A stretch of DNA of 64,000 bases from Rhizophagus irregularis (lineage: Eukaryota): contig NC_089430.1 of assembly GCF_026210795.1 (NCBI RefSeq), positions 1,240,001-1,304,000 of the forward strand. The letters are read 5' to 3'. Both the position numbers and the translations under genes were made by a program. Under the pieces are notes generated by a model, which was not told where the DNA came from, made no database searches, and was given only the letters and a program-made list of their open reading frames with translations. Shown one piece after another: positions 12,989 to 24,166 of this stretch. Each line of letters begins with the position of its first letter. Position 1 is the stretch's first letter.

Positions 12989-14377
12989 TTAAATGTCATT
13001 CACATCCTCATCCATAGGATCATCAACATCCGGATAATATCTTGGGGAGTCTTCCAATTCTACATCATCCGGATAGTATCTTGGTGAGTTGGAAGAATCA
13101 TCTTGAATATTCCCTGAAAATTCATCATCATTATTTAATTCATCATCATTATTTACTAATTGATATACTTTTTTAATATTATCTTTTCTTAATTTATTAT
13201 CATCATCTTTTTTTTTCAAATATATCTTATGACAATCTTCTTCAGAAAGAATTTGATTCGTTTCGACAATCTTCAACCAACACTCAAATGCGATGACACT
13301 TATTGATGTTGATCTAAAAAAATTAATATCTAGGTTTGGAACCATATCAATTACTCGCCAATCACCGTTTGAAAGATTTGTTAGTCTTTCTATTCTTTTC
13401 GCTGCTTTGATAATGATTTTTAAATCATTATGTTGAATTTTTTGTTGGGAATATTCAACAATTTTATTGCTAACTTGATTTTTTATCGTCTGGCCTTTTA
13501 TTCTTATCTTATATAAATTGCAATATATTTCTATTTTTCGATAAATTGATAGAAAATTTATGTAATCTCGGAAACTTTTTCGTCTTTTCATTTCTACATC
13601 AATATGCTGTTGGAGAACTTTATCGTAAACTATTACTAATTGCGAAACCAAGGTTTTAATGGTTTCTTCTTTAATTTGGCTAAAAGACGATTCACCAAGT
13701 TTTAACAGCTCAACCTCCGAAATAACATCACTTTCGTCAATTTCATCTTCATTTTCGTTCGTATACTCAATTTTTAAAAAAATTTTATTGTTTTCTATTT
13801 CAGATTCGAATTCTTCTTTTGTGTTTTTTTCAAGAAGTTTACTTAATAATAATTGAATATACGTTTCTTGCTTTTCGATTTCGAATGGATTCATCATTGG
13901 AGGATGATCCGAAAGTTTTTCTATATTTGCTAATAATACATATAGAATTTTCGCCATTTTAACATTTTGTTCTGTCAAGAATGGTCGTTTCTTATTATCC
14001 AGATTTATAGATAATTTTGATGATGTATCATCATCTTTTGAGACATCATCATCTTCGTTTTCTTTTATGGCATCATTGTTACTGAGGATCACTTTTAACA
14101 CTCCAAGTTCATTATTTTCCATCATTATTTCTTTTTCGGTAATATTGAGAGTACTGATGCCCAATTCAAACATCATTCTTTTTGTTTTTATTCCAAATTC
14201 TAAGAGCTTTTTTTCTATTTGAAAATAATTAATATAAGTTGTAATTAATAATAATTTGTAATAATTAATAATTTTAATAAATCAATTTTACTATTTATTT
14301 AATGAATAAGATGATTTACTTAGCGAATTCTCTTGAGATGAAAAGGTGGTCCCTTGAGATGATGAAGTCGTCTCCAT
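12989..14377 (-). CDS. Hypothetical protein (~427 aa) carried inside the CACTA-like element
   Basis: Exon 1 at 14377-14320 (METTSSSQG..), GT-AG intron 14319-14215, in-frame exon 2 at 14214-12989. Acidic tracts and a duplicated C-terminal SPRYYPD motif. No family recognised. Confidence 0.7.
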
Positions 14378-16141
14378 TGAAAACAAAATTCACGATATTA
14401 TATTTAAAAAAAAAATTCACGATATTATATTTGAAAAAAAAATTCACGATATTATATTTGAAAAAAAAATTTACGGTTTTGAGAAAAAATACAAGAAACA
14501 GATCGATCTAATTACGCAAGTCATGTAAAATCAAATGATACATTCCCCCCCCCCCCCCCCCCCTCTTTTTTTCTGAAACATGTTAAATTACATTGTTATG
14601 TTATTATTATTTTTTGATATTCTCATGAAGGACTTTTTTGTTGATTGATATTCTCACATGTCAATTATTTTTTTATATTATACATTAAGTTAAGAAAAGT
14701 TCGCTCGAACTTTTCTTGGACAATCTATTGTAATACAAATTCTATTATTTTAATTTTCATAATCCTCTCTTGGTACAAAATTTGCTTATGGGATAAATAT
14801 TAATATTTAATTATTTTTATATTATTATTTACTTATATAAATCGAAGCAAAATCAAACAACAAAAAAAAATATTAAAATATTGTAATAATACATAAATTA
14901 CAGCGAAAGAACTTAAAAATATTTTAAGAGCTGCAAGACGGATCAAGGTACCGACACGCGAATGTCAATTATTTGGAAATTATATCCGAAATTAATTGGG
15001 AAGAAGAAGATTACGAATGAATTTTTTTTTTACAAAAATTATAATAAAAAAAATCCAAACAAAATAATGTTTATAGTACGTGATTCAAAAAAAATTTTAT
15101 TAAAGTTATTAAACAATATATCATTATAAAAATTAATAAAACTCTCCACAAACTCAATCCAAATCTAAACCTAATATTTAAATTTCCATAGTCTCTATCA
15201 AGATCTTTAAAATCCCTCCACAACTTTTCATACCACTCTCTTGGTACAAAATTTGTTTGCGAAATATACATATTATTTACTGCATCAGCAAGTGCGTTAT
15301 CTAAATTTTGATTTTGTTTCTAATAAATGAATAATAATAAAAAATATATAAATGTTTAATAAAAAAATAAACCATTTTTATATTACTAATTAATAATTAC
15401 CGATTGCTGCTGCTTTTGACGATGCTGATTACGACTAAAATATTTTATGCGTTTGTTTCTTCTTGAAGTGGAAGTCATTATTTAAAATTTTAATCTTTAA
15501 ATCATCAAGATTACGTTATTAAATCTATTATAATGCAATGATATTATAAAAAGAAAAAGTTCGTTTCGTTCTAACTTACTTAACGTATCCCAGACAAATT
15601 AAAACTATGTGATTAAAGGAACTGAATGAAAAGGATTATTATTATTTATTTATCCCACGGTTCCCTAGTTAAAATTCGTGATTTTTTTTTAAAAAGATTT
15701 ATCAATTTATCTATATTTTTATATGTAATATAACTAATTAAAGAAATTGATAATGTGATTGAATTATGTAGCTAATTCCCTCGATATGGGGGCAAAAAAA
15801 ATAATACATGTGCTTCTGAACTGAACATCTGCATCTGAAGAATCGATATTTCATAACTATTAATATACATTCTGATTAAGGAATCGATATTTCATAACTA
15901 TTAATACACATTCTGATTAAGGAAGTCGGCAATGTGAATGTGTGATTGGATCATTGAATTATTTCTCAAAGAATGGGACGTATTGTTTACAACATATTGT
16001 TCTTGTGAATATTTATATTATAAATTAATAAAATGTGTCAAATTAATAAAATGTGGCTTATACAATAAAAAATTAAATGTATGAATGATTGATTAGTTCT
16101 GATTTTATATAGTTTATATTGTTAAACTCTATTCGTTAAAA

Positions 16142-19100
16142 ATGTCTTTAAGAACGAGAATTAAAGTGCAATGTTTTTGTGATAAGTGTGAAGGTAATAA
16201 ATTGGTGGATCCAAGAACGAAAATAAAGCATGAAGAATTTATGTCAAGAAAAATTAAGTATCAAAAAGCTAGACTATCTGTGCTACCGGATGATGAAGAA
16301 ATGTATGATAACGGACAAGAAACCGGGCCATCTGATGAAATGGGCAATATTGAAATGTATGATAACGGACAAGAAACTGGTCCATCTGGGCTACCTGGGC
16401 TACCTGATGAAATAATGCGCGAAGAAATGGATGATGAACAAGAAGCTGGTCCATCCGGGCTACCTGGGCTACCTGATGAAATAATGCGCGAAGAAATGGA
16501 TGATGATGGAATGGAGTTTCCCAAAAGAAATTATAATTTTTTAACAAAAAAGTTGCCTATGCAAAGCGTAAAAAAAGGAAAAATTTCTAATAGAATTCTT
16601 GAAAATTTATTGTTGGACGATAATGATCAAAATAGACATTCGGAGGATCCCGAGGATAATGATCAAAATATCGATTCTGAAAACGAAGTAGATTCTGAAA
16701 ATGATGAATATGAGGAGATTAACTTTGCATCGCCAAATTTTGACGATAAGCCCAAACGTCCTAATACAGTTAATAACCATCATATGCATTATTGTTGGAT
16801 TATTCTATGGTTATTAGAATACAAACAACGATTTAAATTACCAAATGTTGCTATTGACTCTTTATTTAAATTTTTAAGTCTCTTACTTTCGACAATTGAT
16901 AAAAATAAATTTTTGTCCTTTCCTTCATCCTTGTACATGGCAAAAAAGGAACTAGGAATACCCACAGATATAATTCAATATGCCGCCTGCAACAAATGCC
17001 ATAAACTTTATGACATTAACGAGTTACTGGGCAAAACCGAAGTCCAGACATGTAGTTTCATTAATTTTCCAAATCATACCATACAACGTTTTCGACAACC
17101 ATGTAATAATCCTTTGACCAAAGAAATAAATAATAATAATCAACAAATATATCGCCCGATTATGACGTACCCAATAGGTAATATTAGGCAACAATTAACT
17201 CTTCTTTTTGGTCGCAAAGATTTTGAGACATCGTGTCGAGAGTGGGCAAATAGAAAAAATGATACAGAAGCGTTATTCGACATCTATGATGGTATGATTT
17301 GGAAGGAGTTTAAGGACGATAACGATGATCTTTTTTTTACAAAGGAACGCGCCGATACAAATCTTGGTTTAATGATAAATATGGATTGGTTCCAACCATT
17401 TCTAAGTTCGTCATATTCTGTCGGTGTGGTTTACGCCGTTATATGTAATTTGCCACGCACCGAACGCTACAAGTCACATAATATCCTGACATTGGCGGTG
17501 ATCCCCGGTCCGAATGAGCCGAAGCTTCATGAGATAAATAATTATTTGTATCCGATAATAAACCAATTAGTTCATTTATGGAATGGTTACAACATAATAA
17601 CTCATGAAAGCAACAATGATCGTTTTATACGAGGTGCGATAATCGGCTGTTCCAGTGACGTGCCTGCTACCCGAAAGTTATGCGGATTTATTTCTGCACG
17701 TATTGCGTGTTATCGGTGTCATAAGTCCGCAAATTTTGTTGGCAACCAACCGAATTTCGGAGGATTTTCGGATTTGGAAGATTGGTTTGTTGATCGAGAC
17801 ATTAAGATAATTAGGGAAAAGGCGAGTGAATGGAAACAATGCCAAACCGAAGAATCACGGAAAGCTCACGTATCCCAACATTATGTTCGTTGGTCCGAAA
17901 TATATAATTTACATTATTTTAACCCTGTGCGACATTGTGTAGTTGATCCTATGCATTGTCTATTCCTCGGAGTAGCCAAATGGATAGTAATGAAACTTTG
18001 GATAGGAGAAGGGATTTTAGATGATGCAAAATTGAAAATAATGCAAAAAAGGGCTGACGAAATTAAGATAGCAAGTGATCTTGGGCGTCGTCCTGCCAGG
18101 ATAGCCACCGGTGATGGGTTTTCGAATTTTACAGCTGACATGTGGAAAACATTCATCATGATTTTTGCAATACCCATCACATGGGATTTTTTGGATGAAA
18201 TTGATAAAAAAATCCTTGCATACTTTGTACGTGCCTGCAAAATATTAACTGGTCGGGAACTACAAAAAAAGGAGTTAGATGAAGCGTTTATTAGACTATT
18301 TGAAATGAATAAACTAGTCGAACAGAAATACGGCCAAGAGAAAATAAGCCCAAATTTGCATTTGTGTCTTCATATCTGTGAATGCGCATTAGATTATGGC
18401 CCTTTATCTTCGTTCTGGTGTTTTAGTTTTGAACGAATGAATGGAATTCTAGGTATAAATTAATTTACTGATTTTTAAACAGCATTGTTTCAAATAACAA
18501 ATTTATTATTAAAAAAAAATGTAGGTTCCTATCAAAATAGTAAACGTAACATTGAGCCCGAACTTCTAAAAATCATAAACGAAAATTCTTTCCTCAAGTA
18601 TTTCCTTTCCAATTGTGATGATGAACTCCTGCGCACTTCCTTGGACTTCATAAAACCTCGAAAATCAACTGGCAGCCTGGCTGCACTTGACGACTTTACG
18701 AGCGATGAATATCAAGATTTCATAAGACTCGCTCTTATTGAAGATGAATCGGCTATCGGAACAGAGCCTTTTCCCGGAATGTTAATGGACCCATACAAAG
18801 AAACATTCCTTCCGACAGATATTTTAAACCTTTTGGTGGAATACTATGAAAATTTGTACAATGATAATTTCATTTCTATCTCGTCTATGATCGATCCAAG
18901 TAATAATATTGTAATAAATTCCAATATAAAACAGTATGGCCGATTAAGAATCGGTGCAGACATATACGGTTCCATTCAAGCAGCTCGGCATGAAAAATCG
19001 TCATATATATTAGCTCGATTTGTTCAGGATGATGGAACAGTTGACACATATCCTGGACAAATTCAATTCTTTTTTAAACATACTATTTATAAAAGACAAT

Positions 19101-19366
19101 CGTTAGTCCATTCATTAGCACTGGTTAGATGGTACAAACCAGTTCAGGATCACAAAATAAGGTATCATTTTCAAGTGGATAAGGAAGACATAAATTCATG
19201 CAACATAGAACTATGGTCTAACGAATTTTATGCCATGAGTAGAGATAGTATCATCCCAATACAAAACATATTAGGAAAATTTATTAAATGTAAATTTTGT
19301 GTTGGAAAGAGAAATCCAAAAGAATATATGGCCGTTATTGCATTAAATAAAAAAATTTCTTTTTAA
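16142..19366 (+). CDS. CACTA/EnSpm-type (Transposase_21-like) transposase, ~1050 aa, 2 exons
   Basis: Exons 16142-18452 and 18525-19366 join in frame (ILG/SYQNS). Motifs CFCDKC, DIYDGMIW, NMDWFQPF, ICNLP..R, IPGPNEP, SDVPATRKLCGF, CYRC, VDPMHCLFLG, HLCLH..DYGPL..FWCFSFERMNG. Confidence 0.92.
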
Positions 19367-19479
19367 ATAAATAAAATTCATTTAATGATAATTATTTCTT
19401 AACACTGCTGTGTAACCGTTACGTTTAGGCATATAACGTAAATGTGATCTTCGTGATCAGGAACAATGTGATATACGGA

Positions 19480-20061
19480 AAGAAAAGTTCATTCGAACTT
19501 TTCTTAATTCTCAAAATCTTGTGATTAAAGATCTTCAAGGATAAGGAAGAAAAGTTCATTCGAAGTTCGAACTTTTCTTAATTCTCAAAGTCTTGTGATT
19601 AAAGATCTTCAACAATTTAATACAACATTGTATTTTAAATTCATGTCGCCCATCCAAATCATAATGTTTGCCACGTTTAAACCATTCAATGTGATTATTA
19701 ATAAATAAGGGGTTATATGCAATCAATATCAAAGGAAAAAAAAAAATTTTTTTTTTTTTTCATAATAGATTTTTTGCATTATTATTCAGCAGAAAAGTTA
19801 GCAACAATCTTCGGCTGCACAGTCTCCGATATTATGGCTATCAATAGGGAGATCCTAAAATACGATAAGGAAGAAAAGTTCGTTCGAACTTTTCTTAATC
19901 GTGATTATTAAATGTGCCGGAGTTTTTTGATTGGTCTAAATGATTTCGACTAATATTACTGGATAAGGAAGAAAAGTTCATTCGAACTTTTCTTAATTCT
20001 CAAAGTCTTGTGATTAAAGATCTTCAACGATAAGGAAGAAAAGTTCGTTCGAACTTTTCTT
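19480..20061. repeat. Second cluster of the same 26 bp palindrome, embedded in longer direct repeats
   Basis: Copies at 19480, 19547 (expanded centre), 19871, 19969 and 20036. Confidence 0.9.
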
Positions 20062-20263
20062 AATCGTGATTATTAAATGTGCCGGAGTTTTTTGATTGGT
20101 CTAAATGATTTCGACTAATATTACTATATGAGGAAAGCACAAGTATACGATTACCACGTGAACAAACAAAATCAATTATTTTATTATATAAGCCGAGTGC
20201 CTCCTTTATTAGTTATTATACTTTCACATTTCAAAAATACAATTCTGCGTGCTGACACAAACG

Positions 20264-22435
20264 ATGGCACGCCGCAAAATGGTTAGAATTGTTATAAATA
20301 TTAATATGTCCATGTACGTGTACGTGTGTCTTGCAATACGTGTGTCTCGCAAGTAAGTTTCGTGGTCTCATTTTAAGACGGACGTAAATTTATCATCAAA
20401 AATAATGTCTCAAAGGAAGTAAGTGGTTACCATATTATATTTTTTGTTCAATATTCTATTATACCATTCAACATTGAAACCAATTAAATTATACGTAGTA
20501 GTAATTCTTCTCGCTCTCGAGATTCTCAACGTTCTCAATCACAAGACTCCCTTCGTTCTCAACGTTCTCAATCACAAGACTCCCTTCGTTCTCAACGTTC
20601 TCAATCACAAAACTCTCGTCGTTCTCATACGCGAGACTCTCGTCGTTCTCGTACGCGAGACTCTCGTCATTCTCATACGCGAGACTCTCGTCATTCTCGT
20701 ACGCGAGACTCTCGTCGTTCTCATACGCGAGACTCTCGTCGTTCTCATACGCGAGACTCTCGTCGTTCTCATACGCAAGACTCTCGTCGTTCTCATACGC
20801 AAGACTCTCGTCGTTCTCATACGCAAGACTCTCGTCGTTCTCATACGCGAGACTCTCGCCAATATCGATCTCGTTCTCGAGGTCAATCTCAGAGACGAAA
20901 CTCCCAACGATATCGTTCTCGAAGTCGGTCCCAATATTATCGATCTCATTCTAGCTCCCCCTCAATAAGAGGGAGACCATTGACAAGAGGTAATAATAAA
21001 TATTTTCTGGTTAAAATTATATTTAATCTAATTATTAACTTTATATAATCTAATTATTAACTTTATAATATTAATAGGAGATGAATCGAATTTGAATCGT
21101 ACCTCACGTCACTCCCGCTCTCCCTCGGTGATGAGAAGTAATATAGTAGAATTCTAAGAGATTTTTTTCATCATGTTCATTATGTTCATTAATTTATAAT
21201 AGGAAATCTTGGACAACAAGAGCAACAACCGCAACAACCAGGGATTCAAGAATTCTTAAATGCGCTGTCGCAGCAACTCCAATCAACCTTTCCAACCTTC
21301 CCAACCCTATTATCCAATATCCAATCGTCTGGGATTCCAAATCGATCCAGTGAAGACGTGTCATCACCCGTCTTAAAAAGAAGAAGAAATAGAAAATTAT
21401 CTCCAATGTCAAACAGTTTCAGAAAAACACTTCACGTGACTATACATTATGAATTCTATCTTTAATCTAATCTTAGCAACTGACATTGTTTCGTTGTATT
21501 TAAATAGGATGAAGTTGTTCAAATATACAATAGTTTGAATACTAACTTGCACTTCGATCTTTCGAAAACTTTCGGAAGTCAAAAGAAAACGTTGAACAAA
21601 AGACTTCTACCAGCGATTAAGTCCGCCATGAACCCATCTCTGAAAGCTTACGATACAGAGATAATGAAAGTAATCAAGCAATTACATAAGAGCCGGCGAG
21701 AGATTTGGAGATTAAGACAGGAAGACGGACGAATTGAGAAACATAACAGAAAACAACATATTGCATCAAGAAGAGATCAGGTATGAAATTTATTACCTAA
21801 AATAAAAATGTACACAAATTATTAACTTTTTATTCTTTTTAATAGAAATTAGGGAGGCGTCGGAAAGGACTGCTGCATATGGTCTCAACAAAAGATAAAT
21901 TGTTGACCGATTGTCACCCTTCGGGTGATATTTCTTGGAGCGAATTTATAAGAGATTGTGAAACGGCTATAAACACTCCTGAACTACATTCAGACGAATG
22001 TTCGTCGAATGACGAAGATATTGCGCAAGAAGAGAGAGATCATAGACTAAGACCTGAAAATATACTAAGTACGAATTCAGTGATCAAAATCTATAACAAG
22101 GAATGGAGATCGACTAGAGTAAGTAAAGTTTTAGAATTATTTTAAAAACATAACCTTTATATAATAATATATAGCCTTTATGTATTACAATAATAATTTA
22201 TTAGATTAAAGAGATTTTATATCGAGCCGATGAAATTGGTATAGGAACCGGAACAGGACTAACTCGTGTTCGTCACCGTTCCGATGCTTATATTGACAAT
22301 AAAAGCAAACCGAACGATAAAATGCCAAGATGGTGGATCTCTTCCGCCTGGGTCCCATCATCAGAATCCGACGACGACGACGACGATGTTAATAATGACA
22401 TCATTAATGATGATGAACATAATCGTGATGATTAA
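20264..22435 (+). CDS. 8-exon Ser/Arg-repeat protein (~539 aa), probable second (TnpA-position) gene of the CACTA-like element
   Basis: Exons 20264-20281, 20378-20418, 20499-20989, 21078-21137, 21203-21435, 21508-21780, 21846-22118 and 22205-22435. All seven introns are GT-AG, phases are compatible and there are no internal stops. Confidence 0.8.
20612..20851 (+). repeat. Coding minisatellite, 10 x 24 bp (SRRSHTRD), preceded by ~3 x 33 bp units (SQRSQSQDSLR)
   Basis: Unit ACTCTCGTCGTTCTCATACGCGAG counted directly in the sequence. Confidence 0.95.
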
Positions 22436-24166
22436 TAAATAAATTCACATTAAATAAATAATATATATTATTATAATATACACATATATAATTAATAAAT
22501 AATATATATATATATATATCATTACAATTAATATTAAATATATTGTTCATAAATTCAGATAAATCAGCTAACAATATTCTAAAATCGACATATGATTTGC
22601 ATTTACTATTTTGATATTGACCGTAAATTGTCATATACAATTCACAAATCGTCATTTACTATTTTGATATTGGCCGTAAAATTGTTATATACAATTCACA
22701 AATCAATCACAAATCGTCATTTACTATTTTGATATTGACCATAAATTGTCATATACAATTCACAAATCGTCATACCGATTCATACGGAAAAAAGGAATTC
22801 CGATTGGTGTCAATTCGCGCCATAAAATCGCCTTTAAATATCCACAAATCGGACGAATATAACCAAAAATCGCCCGGAATATTTGCAAACAGGTTAAGAC
22901 TATTTTTATTAATTCGACTTGTGATAATGAACCCATCAACTGAGCTTAAATATTAATTGGCTTGATTTTTCCAATCAGCCGATATCTGATATGAATAATT
23001 AAACCAAAATGATCAACAATTGTGTTACGAAGTCCCAGTAACTGGTAGATCATTTTGTGTCTAATGAAACGATTTTCATTAACAGTTAATATGTATAGAA
23101 TTAGTTATTTTTTTTATTATTTTTATTATATTATACTATTTTATATTATTTTATTTTATATAGTTTTTTCATAATATTTAGTTGGAATTTTTTTATTTAT
23201 TTGATTGATTTTGGAATTCATTATATTATATCGAAATTTTGATCATATTTTTTCCAAATCCGATTTAGCATCTGAATGAAAAATAAAGAGATTAAGAGAA
23301 TATTTTATTTGTTATAGATGATCTACATGTTAAAGACTTTTTCAGTTTGAAAAGCAGCAGCTTTGACTAAAAACTTTTCATTCAAAACAATAATAATTGG
23401 ATTAAAAGGTAATGCTAAAGATGTTTCGTTTTAACAAGAAAATTTTCTTTTTTTTTATGTGAAACTAAAAATCTAACTTTTATTAATAAATTTAAAGAAA
23501 TAAAATGCATATAATACATATAATATACATAAAAAGCAACTTGTCTTCATGAGTATGAAATATTTGTATATAAGAAGCTAATAATTATTTTATTAAACAT
23601 TAAGTTTTATCAAAAAAAGTTTTGATACAATAAAATTGATTTATATTTACATATGCATTATGTAGCCATGATTAATAGTAAAAAAGTAAATTACGAGATG
23701 ACTAGCCTTCAAGGAACATTCTGGAAATTATCTTAATAATAGTATTCATATCATACATATATATTGCAATTATTACATGTACTAGAATAACTAGATCAAC
23801 CATAAATATTTTAAATATGTATATATCAAACGAGTCAAACTTATGAAAGTTGACTCACTTGCTAAACAAATATAAATTAAAATAAAACTCAAAAATTATA
23901 TTTTGCCATATTTGGCAACATGATTCAATTATTTATCAGTATTTATCAATGTGACAAAAAATAGATTCAACTATTTTCACTTAGATATTTCAATATGTCA
24001 ATCCAAGTCATATTATATACAAGAGATTTTTTTTATTTAAGACTCTTTTCCCATCACCAACTCATTCAATTCTAAATCACAATTAGTAAATTTACAAAAT
24101 TTACTAAATTAAAAATAAATCAATTATCTAAATTAAAAAATTAATTATCATTTACTTTGAATTAAT

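Larger units (their letters stand above)
10015..22923 (+). mobile_element. 12.9 kb CACTA/EnSpm (CMC)-like DNA transposon with extra genes
   Basis: Left end CACAGGTCAAATGAAGAAAAATCG matches the reverse complement of the right end, CACAAGTCGAATTAATAAAAATAG. ATA at 10012-10014 and 22924-22926 gives a 3 bp TSD. Subterminal short repeats occur at both ends (TGCCGAT left, ATATACAATTCACAAATC right), and an EnSpm-type transposase lies inside. Confidence 0.82.

Noticed and set aside
14545..14563. Poly-C run
   Set aside because: A simple homopolymer with no further supporting context.
15071..15478. Possible small two-exon minus-strand gene
   Set aside because: The spliced frame and the listed ORF disagree, and the product is short and unrecognisable.
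20423..20968. ORF-track proteins with LVVLIRET or MRTTRVS repeats
   Set aside because: Off-frame and antisense readings of the 24 bp repeat. The spliced Ser/Arg frame explains the locus.
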